The position numbers and the translations under genes were made by a program. 64,000 nt of DNA from Eledone cirrhosa (lineage: Eukaryota), in assembly GCA_964016885.1 (NCBI GenBank), contig OZ024753.1, forward strand, positions 16,554,001-16,618,000, in the 5' to 3' direction. Shown here piece by piece: positions 27,739-39,780 of the stretch. Under the pieces are notes generated by a model, which was not told where the DNA came from, made no database searches, and saw nothing but the letters and a program-made list of their open reading frames with translations. Position 1 is the stretch's first letter, and every line of letters begins with the position of its first letter.

Positions 27739-28020
27739 TGGAGGCACATGGCTTAGTGGTTAGAGCATTGGCCTTGCAATCTCACTTTATCTCACATTGC
27801 TCCAGTTTACTCAGCTTTAGAAATGAGATGATAGGGACTGGGGTCCATATCATTCCACTGCAAAGTGGTCGTGGAGGTGCCATGGCAAAAGAGCACCCGG
27901 CACTCACTGTAAATGAGGTTGGTGTTAGGAAGGGCATCCAGCTGTAGAAATCAAGCCAGAATCAGTTCCCTTCCCACCCTTGCAAGCAGGGAAAAGCGGA
28001 CGTAAAATGATGATGATGAT
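27739..28020 (+). mobile_element. SINE family A with internal deletion (B box lost)
   Basis: GGAGGCACATGGCTTAGTGG...TTGCAATC joined directly to CACTTTAT; (TGA)n tail. Confidence 0.88.
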
Positions 28021-28040
28021 ATATATATATATATGTATAT

Positions 28041-28517
28041 AGTAATAATAAATGTGAAGACTAAAATCCAAAGAGGGCTCGATAAGGATTATATACAAAT
28101 ATATATATAAACCGTAAAGCAAATATTTATTATAAGTACAGATTAAAGTTTAAGCAAAAAATCACTGCTTTCACCTTTTTATGGGATCTTTTGAAATATA
28201 TATATATATATCGTACACACATATATATATATATACATATGTACGTATGGGTTATATAATTCTAATTTTATTTTTATATATAATATATATTTATTAAAAT
28301 AACAGATTAACGTTTAAGCAAAGAATCACTGCTTTCACCCCTAACAGGATCTCCTGAAACTCGGAAGATCCCGTGAAGGGTGTAAGCAGTGATTCTTTGC
28401 TTAAACTTTAATCTGTTATTACAATAAATATTTGCTCTTGGGTTGTTATATATTTGATATATATTTATCCTTATCGAGCCCTCTTTGGATTTTAGTCTTC
28501 ACAATTATTATTATTAC
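28041..28517. mobile_element. Long fold-back element in (TA)n
   Basis: GTGAAGACTAAAATCCAAAGAGGGCTCGATAAGGAT is the reverse complement of 28467-28503; extra partial arm at 28298-28352. Confidence 0.75.
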
Positions 28518-28527
28518 TATATATATA

Positions 28528-28606
<79 letters not shown>

Positions 28607-28635
28607 ATATATATATATGCGTGTGTGTGTGTGTC

Positions 28636-30310
28636 ATCATCATCATTTAACGTCCATCTTCCACGCTAGCATGAGTTAGACGGGAATTGTCCCACTTAAA
28701 GTAAGATTGGTCGGGTGACCATGTCTCGCTCATATCGGACTATCTCGCAGGTTTTCTACGGCTGGATGCCCTTCGTAACAACAACCATATTTACAGTGTG
28801 GACTGGGAGCTTTTTACCGTGTTACCAACACGGCCACTTTACAGCGTGGACTGTGTTTTTTTGTCATGACACCTACACGACCTCATTAGTTTGGACTGGA
28901 TGTTGTGGTACCAACATAATTTTACAGAGAAAGAGGTGGTGTTGGTGGGGCTGGGATGTGGAGTAGGGGTAGTGGGTCGGTGTGTATATTTGGTTAAGAG
29001 GTGCCTACTGACTGTAGGTTTCGCTTTGTACATAGGCAAGGTGTGTCTTCTGTATTACTGCGTAGCGCCAAAGATCTTGGTCCAGTGACATTGTCTTAGA
29101 GAGATGTAAGTGTGTGAGGTTGGAATTTATCAGATCATCCCAGGTTTTTCTGGGTCTACCTACTCCGTAACTACCATCAATTTTGATCGCCCTGCACTTT
29201 TTTATGCAGCTGTCGTCTTTCATGCGCATCATGTGACCATACCAACGTAGTCTTCTCTCGAGTAAACAGCATCTGATCCCTCTTATTCATAATTTCTCAC
29301 TTAGTTAATTTATGTTTTGCATTTCACATATATTACTATTACACATCCAACGGAGCATGCATACTTTGTTCCTTTTCAGTCTGTGCAGGTCCTCTGCACA
29401 CAATGCCCATGTCTCACTGCCATGTAACAATAGCTGTTCGTATACAGACATCATACAATCTGCCTTTCATTTTTAGAGAAAAATCTTTTGTGGCCAACAG
29501 CGGTATAACCTCTCTGAACTTTTTCCATCCCATTCTGCCTCTGACTACTGTACTTTCAGAGCACCCGCCACCACTGCTGATTTTGTCACCCAGGTAACGG
29601 AAGGTGTCCACTATTTCTATAGAACCATCTGATCAATAGAAGGAGCTAGTATCCTGTGGGCACTTGCTACTTATTGCACCTGAGCAATGGCCACATATAA
29701 AATCTACGTTCTTAGTTAGCTTACCTGTGATCCCACTACATCTTTTATGTACTTATAGTTTACATTTGGGACATAAAATGGAATTTCTACCTACTCCTTT
29801 CCTACACACTGAGCATGGCCATTTCCCAGAGGGCACATGTGCCCTATTTTCCTTTCTACATACTACAACTTTAGTCTTAGACAAGTTAACTTTAAGGCCT
29901 TTTGATTCTAGGCCATGCTTCCATGTTTGGAATTTCTTCTCTAGTTCAGCCATAGATTCAGCTATGAGCGTTAGATCATCTGCGTATAGAAGTTCCCATG
30001 GGCACCGGTCTTGAACTCCGCTTGGAGGGCGATAATAAATAGGAGGGGGCTAAAGACGAAGCCCTGATGAACACCAACTTTTACGCTAAACTCTTCACTA
30101 TATTTGTTGTTAATTCTAACCTTGCTGACTGTTTCTTTATACATGGCTTGTATAGCTCTCACAAGCCATTCATCTACACCTAGTTTTCTAAGAGCCCACC
30201 AGATAATGGAGAGGGGGCACTCTCTCAAAGGCTTTCTCCAAGTCGACAAAAGCTAAGTAGAGGGGTTTACTTTTAGCTAGGTACTTCTCCTGTAGTTGTA
30301 CAAGGAAAAG
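28636..30310 (-). pseudogene. Decayed RTE non-LTR retrotransposon (RT, PHD-like finger, C-terminus, 3' UTR)
   Basis: Frameshifted WWALRKLGVDEWLV...GVHQG..SPLLF, WPCSVCRKGVGRNSILCPKC, GRPRKTW; (CAT)n tail. Confidence 0.92.
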
Positions 30311-30447
30311 AGCGTATGTGTGTGTATATATATATATATATTATAGTATGGTGTTAACAGAACAGGGACGTGTGGCTCACATTATGGTCTGTCAGTTGTG
30401 AAGCAGATTATAAAGAAGCATTATGTATGATGAAGCATTATGTATTA

Positions 30448-31503
30448 ATAAAAGATCGGAGGCCATATTCAGTTGATTCAGGTTTATTTAAAACTCTGTT
30501 ATACATATTTCACTGAAGAATATCAGGCAGCAAAACTTAAAATAAATGTTGAAAGTTTGTAAGAAACCTTTAAATGTTGAAAAATCCAATAATTTCCCCT
30601 ATACCGGTCAACGGATATTTAACAATATGGGGAACAATCCTACTGCCCAACCCTGTCCTGGACATTCCTTTTATATATCGTAAGATTTCACTGTGATGTT
30701 CCACTCATCGATTGCTTGAGTCTCCGGAAGGCAAGGAATCGGACATCTGGATGTAATCCGTAGAGTTTGATCAAACGGGGAACTAGCGAGGAGTACAGCT
30801 ACCATGCTTCCACCAATTCCGAACCAGTTCAATTATAACTATACAACATCTACCTTATACTCTCTGGGTTATAGTTTAGGTCTACAGGCAGATATTTCTT
30901 TACTTTTTAATTATCCTCATTATAAACATTTTTCCATTATAATCATCTCTTTCCCACATATCCCCTTTAATATAACCTTTCCTTTTGTTCTTAATTAGTT
31001 AATTAATTAGTTTATTTTATTTTAATCTATTTCTTGTATAGTTAATTTTGGTATCGGTTATAATATTTAGAGTTGCAGACCTGTGGACAATATGCGGCTG
31101 GGAGGTGCTAGTTGTAACTACTATTATAGCAGCTGCTGTTACTACTACTACTACAACAGCTATTGATAGAGAAGGGAGGAAGAAGGGCTACCAACTATTT
31201 TTGTTACTTCCTAAACTGACCAACACTTCCGCCAAAATTCTTGGGGTCATACAGGTGCCAGCCGTCAAAGAAACAACACCACACATTCGCTCGGCCCTCT
31301 GCATTATAAAACGAAAATCTTTTTGGGGAAGATTATTTGGATTTTTCCAAATTCAAAGGTTTCTTAGGAACTTTCAATGTTTATTTTAGGTTTTGCCGTC
31401 TGAAGAGCTCAGGCTATCATAACTGATAGTCCTCAGTGAAATATGTATAACGGAGTTTTAAATAAACTTGAATCAACTGAATATGGCCTGCCATCTTTTA
31501 TTG
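30448..31503. mobile_element. Penelope-like element remnant with inverted arms (30448-30575 / 31345-31503)
   Basis: GGCCATATTCAGTTGATTCA..TTATTTAAAACTC vs GAGTTTTAAATAAACTTGAATCAACTGAATATGGCC; left arm has the hammerhead core deleted. Confidence 0.65.
31393..31456 (+). ncRNA. Minimal type-I hammerhead ribozyme
   Basis: CCGT-CTGAAGA(31400)-GCT..GGCTATCA/TGATAGTC..AGT-GAAA(31438)-TATGTA-TA-ACGG. Confidence 0.8.
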
Positions 31504-31507
31504 ATAT

Positions 31508-31722
31508 ATAACCCTTTAGAATTCACATTACTCTATATATACCATTATATTTTCATGGTAAAGGCTTTACCTCACATAATATCGAATCTATGAGATTTTG
31601 AAAGTATTTATTTTGAGAACAATACCTTAACATCAGTTTGAGCGACCAGTTACAGCCAGTTTCAACAGAAAGAGGTAGAGAATTGTGGCCGGTTTTGGCC
31701 GGTTTGAACATTAAAGGGTTAA
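31508..31722. mobile_element. piggyBac-like MITE (uninterrupted copy)
   Basis: ATAA-CCCTTTAG...TAAAGGG-TTAA; near-identical to 11639-12024 without the SINE. Confidence 0.85.
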
Positions 31723-31763
31723 ATAATTATCTGAACACCTTACTGTTGTTTTATCAACTTATA

Positions 31764-31822
<59 letters not shown>

Positions 31823-31849
31823 TCATGTGATACATCATAGAGCGGGTAG

Positions 31850-33805
31850 GGTGTAAACCCGGCTTCGGTGGGGCCCTGATCAACTTGGATCAGTCTAAGG
31901 CTTTCAATAGGGTTGACCATTGTTACCTGGATGCGGTGTTCGAGGCGGCAGGCTTCGGACCCGTGTTTAGGGGCTGGATTGCTGCAATGCATAACAGCAA
32001 CATTTGCTCAAGGGTTAAGGTGAACGGCTACCTCTCGGAGCCGTTCCATATCACGCGATCCATTCGACAGGGATGCCCTCTCTCCTCCCTTCTGTACGTA
32101 TTGAGTCTCGAGCCACTTCTGCAGAAGTTGGAGCTTTTGCAGGGCATCCCTCTGGAACTGGGACTGCGGAAAGCGGCGTCGGCCTACGGCGACGACGTTA
32201 CAGTGATGGTGTCCAGCGCCTCGCAAATCGAAGAAGTCGGCACCTTACTGAAGGAATACGAAAGGTTCACAGGAGCGAAGCTGAACCGAGACAAGTCGAT
32301 CGGTTTGCAACTCGGATCGTGGAGAGGCAGACCGATGTCTTCCGATGGCAGCGTCGGATGCTGGACGGAAGAACCAGTAAAGCTGCTCGGGGTCTGATTT
32401 GGTCCGGACCTCCAGGTGGAGAAGAACTGGAACGAGGTGTCGGCCAAGGTGTTTGCTCTCACCCAGAAGTGGGCGGAGTGCAGACTATCCTTGAAAGGTC
32501 GAGCGGAGGTGGCGAACACTTTTATAGTGTCCGCCATCTACTACCGCTTGACCGTCGTGCCTTGTCCAGCCAAAATGCTTGCCAAAATGGAGCACACGCT
32601 CATCCAATTCCTTTGGAAGAGGCGGGCTCCTTTGGTGAGAAGATCCATCTGCTGCCAACGCCCTTCCAACGGAGGGCTGGAGATGCCGTGGCTGACGATA
32701 CGCAAACACGCGCTCAGGCTGCGGTATCTCTACGTATTCCGCACCGGACAACCGGTGCGGGCCCCGTTCATGAGGCAAGCCTTCCCATGACTCGTCTCGC
32801 TGACCGAGCTGCAGTCCTGGGTCAAGCAAAGACCGAGGAAAATGGGTGACTGGCACATCGAATGTGCTCAGGCGCTCACAGCCCTCTGGCAGGCGGACCC
32901 GGCGATCTGTGGAGACTCCACTTCGTCATTCTATAGAGGGTTGATCCGCAGCAAGTGCGACGACACGCTCGGAGAAACTCTGGGCGTAGAGGAGGACGAA
33001 CAGGCCAGTCTGTTCGGTAGGACCTTCCGCCTGGGACCGATGGACAGCTTGCAAAAGTCCCTGGCCTGGCAGTGCTACCGAAGAGCTCTACCAGTTTGAG
33101 ACCAGCTCTACAGACATGGGCGCCCGGGCAGGGACCCTGCAAAAAAGATCTGTCCGAGGTGCGTGCAAGACGAAGAAACCGTTGCGCACGCATTCATACA
33201 CTGCCCGGGCGTCACCGACCTGTGGGGCTATGTAGAACGACTATTGTTGCGGGTGGGACCAATCCGGTTGGCCACCGAGTCCATTGTCATGATCAAACCG
33301 CCACCCTCCTTCAAAAACGAAGGAGAGGAGGTTTTCCTTTGTGTGATAACTATGGCGAAAGAGGTTGTATGGTGGACAAGGTTGAAAGGGCTGAGGTCAG
33401 ACACCGTTCTCTCCGGCCAACAACTGATTCTTTTTTTCAAATACCACTTTGGAAGAAGAATCAGGATGGAGAGAGAGGTGCTGTACCCCAGAAAGTTTTA
33501 TGAAAGGTGGGTGAAAGTGGCGAGAATGGACCGAGCGAATGGGCCTTCTCTCTATATCAGCCTGTAGGTTGAGGAAAAAGAGGAGGAGAGGAGTACAAAC
33601 TCTTCGTAATCCTGGAGATGAGGGTTGTACATTTTTTTTGGGGGGGGGGGGGGTATGTGTTACCCATATGAAATGTCTCCCCCTATTGGGGAAAATCGAC
33701 TAATTTTTAAATTACATTTGTGATAATATTTTACACGTTTTTATTGTATGTAAACTTCCCCCTTTGTATTTGTCCCCTCTTTTGTGCTCCTGTGGCTAAT
33801 AAAGA
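31850..33805 (+). pseudogene. 5'-truncated Tx1/L1-like LINE ORF2 (reverse transcriptase plus C-terminal zinc motif) with three in-frame stops
   Basis: DQSKAFNRVDH, RQGCPLS.LLY, YGDD, CPRC...ETVAHAFIHCP in one frame (31885-33567); TGA at 32395, 32788, 33097. Confidence 0.92.
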
Positions 33806-33815
33806 AACATATATA

Positions 33816-35703
33816 TCATCATCACCGTTTTACGTCCGTTCTTCCACGCTAACATGGGTTAGACGGGTTGTCCTGTTGTGGGCAGTGTCTGGTCGGCTGA
33901 CCATGCCTTGCTCATACAGGAACTGATTTGGCTTGATTTCTACAGCTGGATGCCCTTCCTAACACCAACCTCAATTACAGTGAGTGCTGGGTGCTTTTTC
34001 GTGGCGCCTACACGTCCACTTTACAGTGTGGGCTGGGTGCTTTTTTGCCGTGGCACCTCCACGACCACCTTGCAGTGGGAGGGTGTGGGGGGCATATTAT
34101 CTATATGCTTCAGCTTGTACCCATGGGAGCCAGAGGTCACGGTCGTGTGTCATGGCCTTGGAGAGGTGTAATTGGGTAAGGTTGGCTTTTATCACCTCAT
34201 CCCAGGTCAACTTGGATCTCCCCACTCCGCGGTTTCCATCGACTTCTAGTACTCTGCACCTTTTTATGCAGCTGTCATCCTTCATATGCATCACATGTCC
34301 ATACCAACGCAACCGCCTCTCCTGCACACAGCATTTGATTCCTCTTATGCTCAGTCTCTCTCAATTCATCTATGCTTTGTCGTTCGCGTATATCACTATT
34401 ACACATCCATCGGAGCATGCAGGCTTCGTTTCTCTCTAATCTACGTAAGTCTTCCACCCTCAGCGCCCAGATCTCACTACCATGTAACATTGCTGTTCGT
34501 ATACACGCATCATACAGTCTGCCTTTCATTTTGAGGGAGAAGCCTTTTGCAGCTAGCAGTGGCAGTAGTTCCCTGAACTTCTTCCATCCCGTTCTTACCC
34601 TAGTTATTGTACTTTCTGAACACCCACCTCCGCTGCTAATTCGGTCACCTAGGTAGCAGAAGCAGCCTACTGTCACTACAGAGCCCTCCCAGAGATTGGT
34701 GGTACTTGTTTCCTGTGGCTGTTTGCTGCTTGCTGTCCCAGTACAGCTGCTGCATGTGAAGCCTACATTCTTAATTAAGCTTCCTGAGATCCCGCTACAT
34801 CTCTTGTGTACCCATTGTTTGCATTTGGGGCAGAGAATGGAGTTCCTACCTACACCTTTCTTACATACTGAGCAAGGCCATTTCCCTGAGGGGATCTGGG
34901 TTCTGTTTTCTCGTCTACTTACAAGGACCTTAGTCTTTGTCATGTTGACTTTGAAACCCTTTCTTTCTAGTCCCTGCTTCCAACTTTGGAATTTCTTCTC
35001 TAGTTCTACCATAGATTCAGCTATCAGTGCGAGGTCATCAGCATACAGGAGTTCCCATGGGCATCCGGTCTTAAACTCCTCCATTATTGCCTGCAGGACT
35101 ATGATGAACAGGAGAGGGCTAAGAACAGAGCCCTGGTGGACACCAACCTGTATGCTAAATTCCTCGCTATACTCATTGCTAATCCTAACTTTGCTGACTG
35201 CTCCCCTATACAGGGCTTGTACAGCTTTCACAAGCCATTCATCTACTCCTAGTTTTCTAAGAGCCCACCAGATTACAGCATGTGGAACTCTGTCAAAGGC
35301 TTTCTCGAGATCGACGAATACCAGGTAGAGTGGCTTACTTTTAGCTAGGTACTTTTCCTGTAACTGCCTCACAAGGAAGAGGGTATCAGTGGTGCCTCTT
35401 CCTGGTACAAACCCAAATTGCATCTCGTCTATTTTCACCCGGTCCCTAATCAACTGTGCTATAACTCTTTCTGTTACTTTCATGACCTGGTCCATCAGCT
35501 TTATACCTCTATAGTTTCCTCTATCGAGTGCATTACCTTTACCTTTGTAGCAGTTGACAATGATGCTACTGCACCAATCTTTTGGTATGACACCTTCTAG
35601 TATTACCTGGTTAACAATACGTGTGGTTATAGTGTGACCTATGGACCCAGATGCCTTCAGCATCTCGGCAGCTATACCCGATGGACCGGTTGCCTTCTCC
35701 ATC
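33816..35703 (-). pseudogene. 5'-truncated RTE-clade LINE: RT domain, PHD-like C4HC3 finger, C-terminus and complete 3' UTR
   Basis: KATGPSGI, YKGKGN...NYRGIKL, QFGFVPGRGTTD, FVDLEKAFDRV, GVHQGSVLSPLLF, YADD; frameshift near 34350; (TGA)n tail. Confidence 0.95.
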
Positions 35704-35717
35704 ATATATATATATAT

Positions 35718-36188
35718 GAAGTTGATGGAAACCGCGGAGTGGGGAGACCCAAGATGACTTGGGATGAGGTGATAAAAGCCGACCTTACCCAACTACACCT
35801 CTCAAAGTCAATGACACACGACCGTGACTTCTGGCGTCACGCAGTAATACAGGGTACCCGACCTCCCATGGGTACATGCTGAAGCATATAAACAATATGC
35901 CCCCCCCCCCCTCCACCGCAAGGTGGCCGTGGAGGTGCCACGGCAAAAAAGCACCCAGCCCACACTGTAAAGTGGACGTGTAGGCGCCACGAAAAAGCAC
36001 CCAGCACTCACTGTAAATGAGGTTGGTGTTAGGAAGGGCATCCAGCTGTAGAAATCAAGCCAGATCAGTTCCTGTATGAGCAAGGCATGGTAAGCCGACC
36101 AGACACTGCCCACAACAGGACAACCCGTCTAACCCATGCTAGCGTGGAAGAACGGACGTAAAACGGTGATGATGATGATGATGATGAT
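35718..36188 (+). mobile_element. RTE 3' end, inverted relative to the adjacent RTE
   Basis: EVDGNRGVGRPKMTWDEVIKADL...; same UTR and (TGA)n tail. Confidence 0.9.
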
Positions 36189-36301
36189 ATATATATAAGC
36201 ACTGGGTTATTTAATTTGTTGATTATTCAACAAATTTAGTTTATAACAGTTTAGAAGCACTCAACAATATTTCTTATATATTTATGAAGATTAGAGTAAA
36301 C

Positions 36302-36400
36302 GCTTTTAATTCCAAAATGGTAGTTATATCTACCTTATCATGATGATGATGATGATGATGATGATAAGGTAGATATAACTACCATTTTGGAATTAAAAGC
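36302..36400. repeat. Palindrome with a (TGA)n loop, next to an inverted family-A-like tail (36195-36300)
   Basis: GCTTTTAATTCCAAAATGGTAGTTATATCTACCTTATCAT / ATGATAAGGTAGATATAACTACCATTTTGGAATTAAAAGC. Confidence 0.85.
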
Positions 36401-36761
36401 CTTAACTGTGAATTCAGCAAAGTGTGAAGAATAATCCTGAATCTGTTGAGTTCCTTGATTGGACCAAGGTCTCGCTCCTCCCGTCCTTCCATTAGGATAT
36501 TTTGTTTTATAGGTTTTTTATGCTGGTGTTGTGTTTTTATCTTCATAGTCCACTCAGTGTCTCTTCCCACCACCAAATATTTTTACAATTTGTCCTTTTA
36601 ACCTCCCCCTCCCCCATCCGTTGCTCTTGTGGCAAATAAATGATATTGTTTTTATTATCCTAAAATAACCTCTTTTTTCCTTTTGTTTCCATCCCAAGAG
36701 TTTTATTATACTTCCACATACACTCACACACATAGACTTATATATACACATACACACACAC

Positions 36762-36806
<45 letters not shown>

Positions 36807-36808
36807 TG

Positions 36809-36846
<38 letters not shown>

Positions 36847-36848
36847 TG

Positions 36849-36886
<38 letters not shown>

Positions 36887-36918
36887 CATATATATATATA
36901 TATATACACACACACATG

Positions 36919-37046
<128 letters not shown>

Positions 37047-37093
37047 CACACACACACACACACACGTATATATATATATATATACACACAAAC

Positions 37094-37140
<47 letters not shown>

Positions 37141-37237
37141 TGTATATATGTATATATATATACACACACACACACACTCATATATATATATATATATATG
37201 TTTGTGTATCTCTGTCAGTGTGTAAAGTATAACAATA

Positions 37238-37279
<42 letters not shown>

Positions 37280-37663
37280 TGGAAGCTTAGTATAATCGAA
37301 GCTTTGGATGTGGCCAAGCAAAGTCGACCTACAATAAGGAATGAGTAGCAAAGCACTCAATAAGGGTAGGTCCTTAGAGTAATAACATACGTTTAAATAG
37401 CTTGACAAATTGAACATAGGCAAAACGCAACCATACAATACCAAAGTAACGAAAGAACTAAGAGTATATATATATATATATATATAACGAAGGAGGTGTG
37501 GTAGGGACCCAGATGGACCATAACGCACCAGAGTACTCAATACTTAGGGTATTAGAGTGGGTAATAGGAGAAAGTATGACCCCGACGGCAGAGCTCAAGC
37601 TGTTTCGGCGGCTATTTCTGGACAGAATTATCGTCGAAATGGCTTGAGCTCTGCCGTCGGTGT

Positions 37664-38330
37664 GGAGGCACATGGCTTAGTGGTTAGAGCATTGGCCTTG
37701 CAATCGAAAGGTTGTGAGTTCAATTCTCAGACCGGGTGATGTGTTGTTTCCTTGAGCAAGACACTTTATTTCACATTGCTCCAGTTTATTCAGCTGTAGA
37801 AATGAGATGATAGGGACTGGGGTCCATATAATTCCACTGTAAACTGGTCGTGGAGGTGCCACGGCAAAAAAAGCACCCAGCACTCACTGTAAATGAGGTT
37901 GGTGTTAGGAAGGGTATCCAGCTGTAGAAATCAAGCCAGAATCAGTTTCCGTCCCACCCTTGCAAGCAGGGAAAAAGTGGACGTAAAATGAAATGATGAT
38001 GACCCAGCACTCACTGTAAAGTGGACATGTAGGTGCCACGCCAAAAAAGCATCCAGCACTCACTGTAAAGTGGTCGTGGAAGTGCCACTGCAAAAAAGCA
38101 CCCAGCCCACACTGTAAAGTGAACATGCAGGCGTCACAGAAAAATAGCACCCAGCACTCACTGCAAATGAGGTTGGTGTTAGGAAGGGCATCCAGCTGTA
38201 GAAATCAAGCCAGAATCAGTTCCTGTATGAACAAGACAAGGTCATCTGACTGGACACTGCCCACAACAGGACAACTTGTCTAAGCCATTCTAGCATGGAA
38301 GAACAGATGTAAAACGATGATGATGATGAT
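37664..38330 (+). mobile_element. SINE family A (37664-38000) followed by a second RTE-type tail (38002-38330)
   Basis: A/B boxes, core, two successive AGGAAGGG.ATCCAGCTGTAG...(TGA)n tails. Confidence 0.9.
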
Positions 38331-38590
38331 ATATGTGTGTGTGTGTGTGTGTAAACAATATATGTGTGTATATATATGTGTATATATATGTGTGTATATA
38401 TATGTGTGTATATATATATGTGTATATATATGTGTGTGTGTAAAGTATAACAATATATGTGTATATATGTATATGTGTGTGTGTAAAGTATAACAATATA
38501 TGTAAAATATATATGTGATGATGATGATGATATATATATATATATATGCTTATATATATATATATATATATGGATATATATATATATATG

Positions 38591-38626
<36 letters not shown>

Positions 38627-38736
38627 TATATATATGTGTATGTTTGTATATATATATATACATACATACATAACCCACACATGATCTCTCTCTCTCTTAA
38701 TATATATATATATATACATACATACATATACACACA

Positions 38737-38821
<85 letters not shown>

Positions 38822-39233
38822 CTTATACATACATACATACATACATATACACACACTTGATCTATCTATCTATTACACTCATCAAAATGAATGTGTTGTG
38901 AAAGACAATAAAATAAGTGGCAAGATATCGTGAGGACATTAAATAAATATAAGAATCTGTTTATAAATTCTTCTTTCTCTCCTACACTCCAACATTTTCT
39001 CTCATCTTCAAAGTTCATTTCCTTTTCACCTCCCGACATCTTTTTTTCTTTTTCGATTTGTTTTTAACTATTTAAAAGAAAAACAAAACTTTCAACTATA
39101 TTTAAAAAGCTGGAATTTTACTTTGGTTATATTTCAAAGGATGATTAATATGTGTGTGTGTGTGTGTGTGTGTGTGTCTATATATGTGTGTGTGTGTGTG
39201 TGTGTGTCTATATATGTGTGTGTATGTGTGTGT

Positions 39234-39296
<63 letters not shown>

Positions 39297-39355
39297 CATG
39301 TGTTTGTATATGTGTGTTTGTATATATATATATGTGTGTGTGTGTGTTTTATATA

Positions 39356-39415
<60 letters not shown>

Positions 39416-39780
39416 CATGTGTTTGTATATATGTGTGTTTGTATATATATATATGTGTGTGTGTGAGTGTATTTATCTATATATATATGTGTGTGTGTAT
39501 TTATATATATATATGTGTGTGTGTATTTATTTCATGTAACACTAAAAGGCGACTAGATTACAAATAGAGAATGTCAAGAAGAGAATTAAAATGAAAGTCT
39601 TTCTCTTTCTCTCTCTCTTCCTCTTTCCCCCTATTTCTCCCGCTTTGTCATGATCACACACACATCAGTCTGTACAAATGTATGAAAAGGGGGAACATTT
39701 TTGACATGGAAATGATACAAATTCTAATGAACAGATTTGATTTTATGGGATTTTAAAATTTAATCCAACAAAGTTTAGTT

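Noticed and set aside
37664-37735. tRNA gene
   Set aside because: A and B boxes are present but continue into the SINE core and RTE tail in many copies; this is a SINE head
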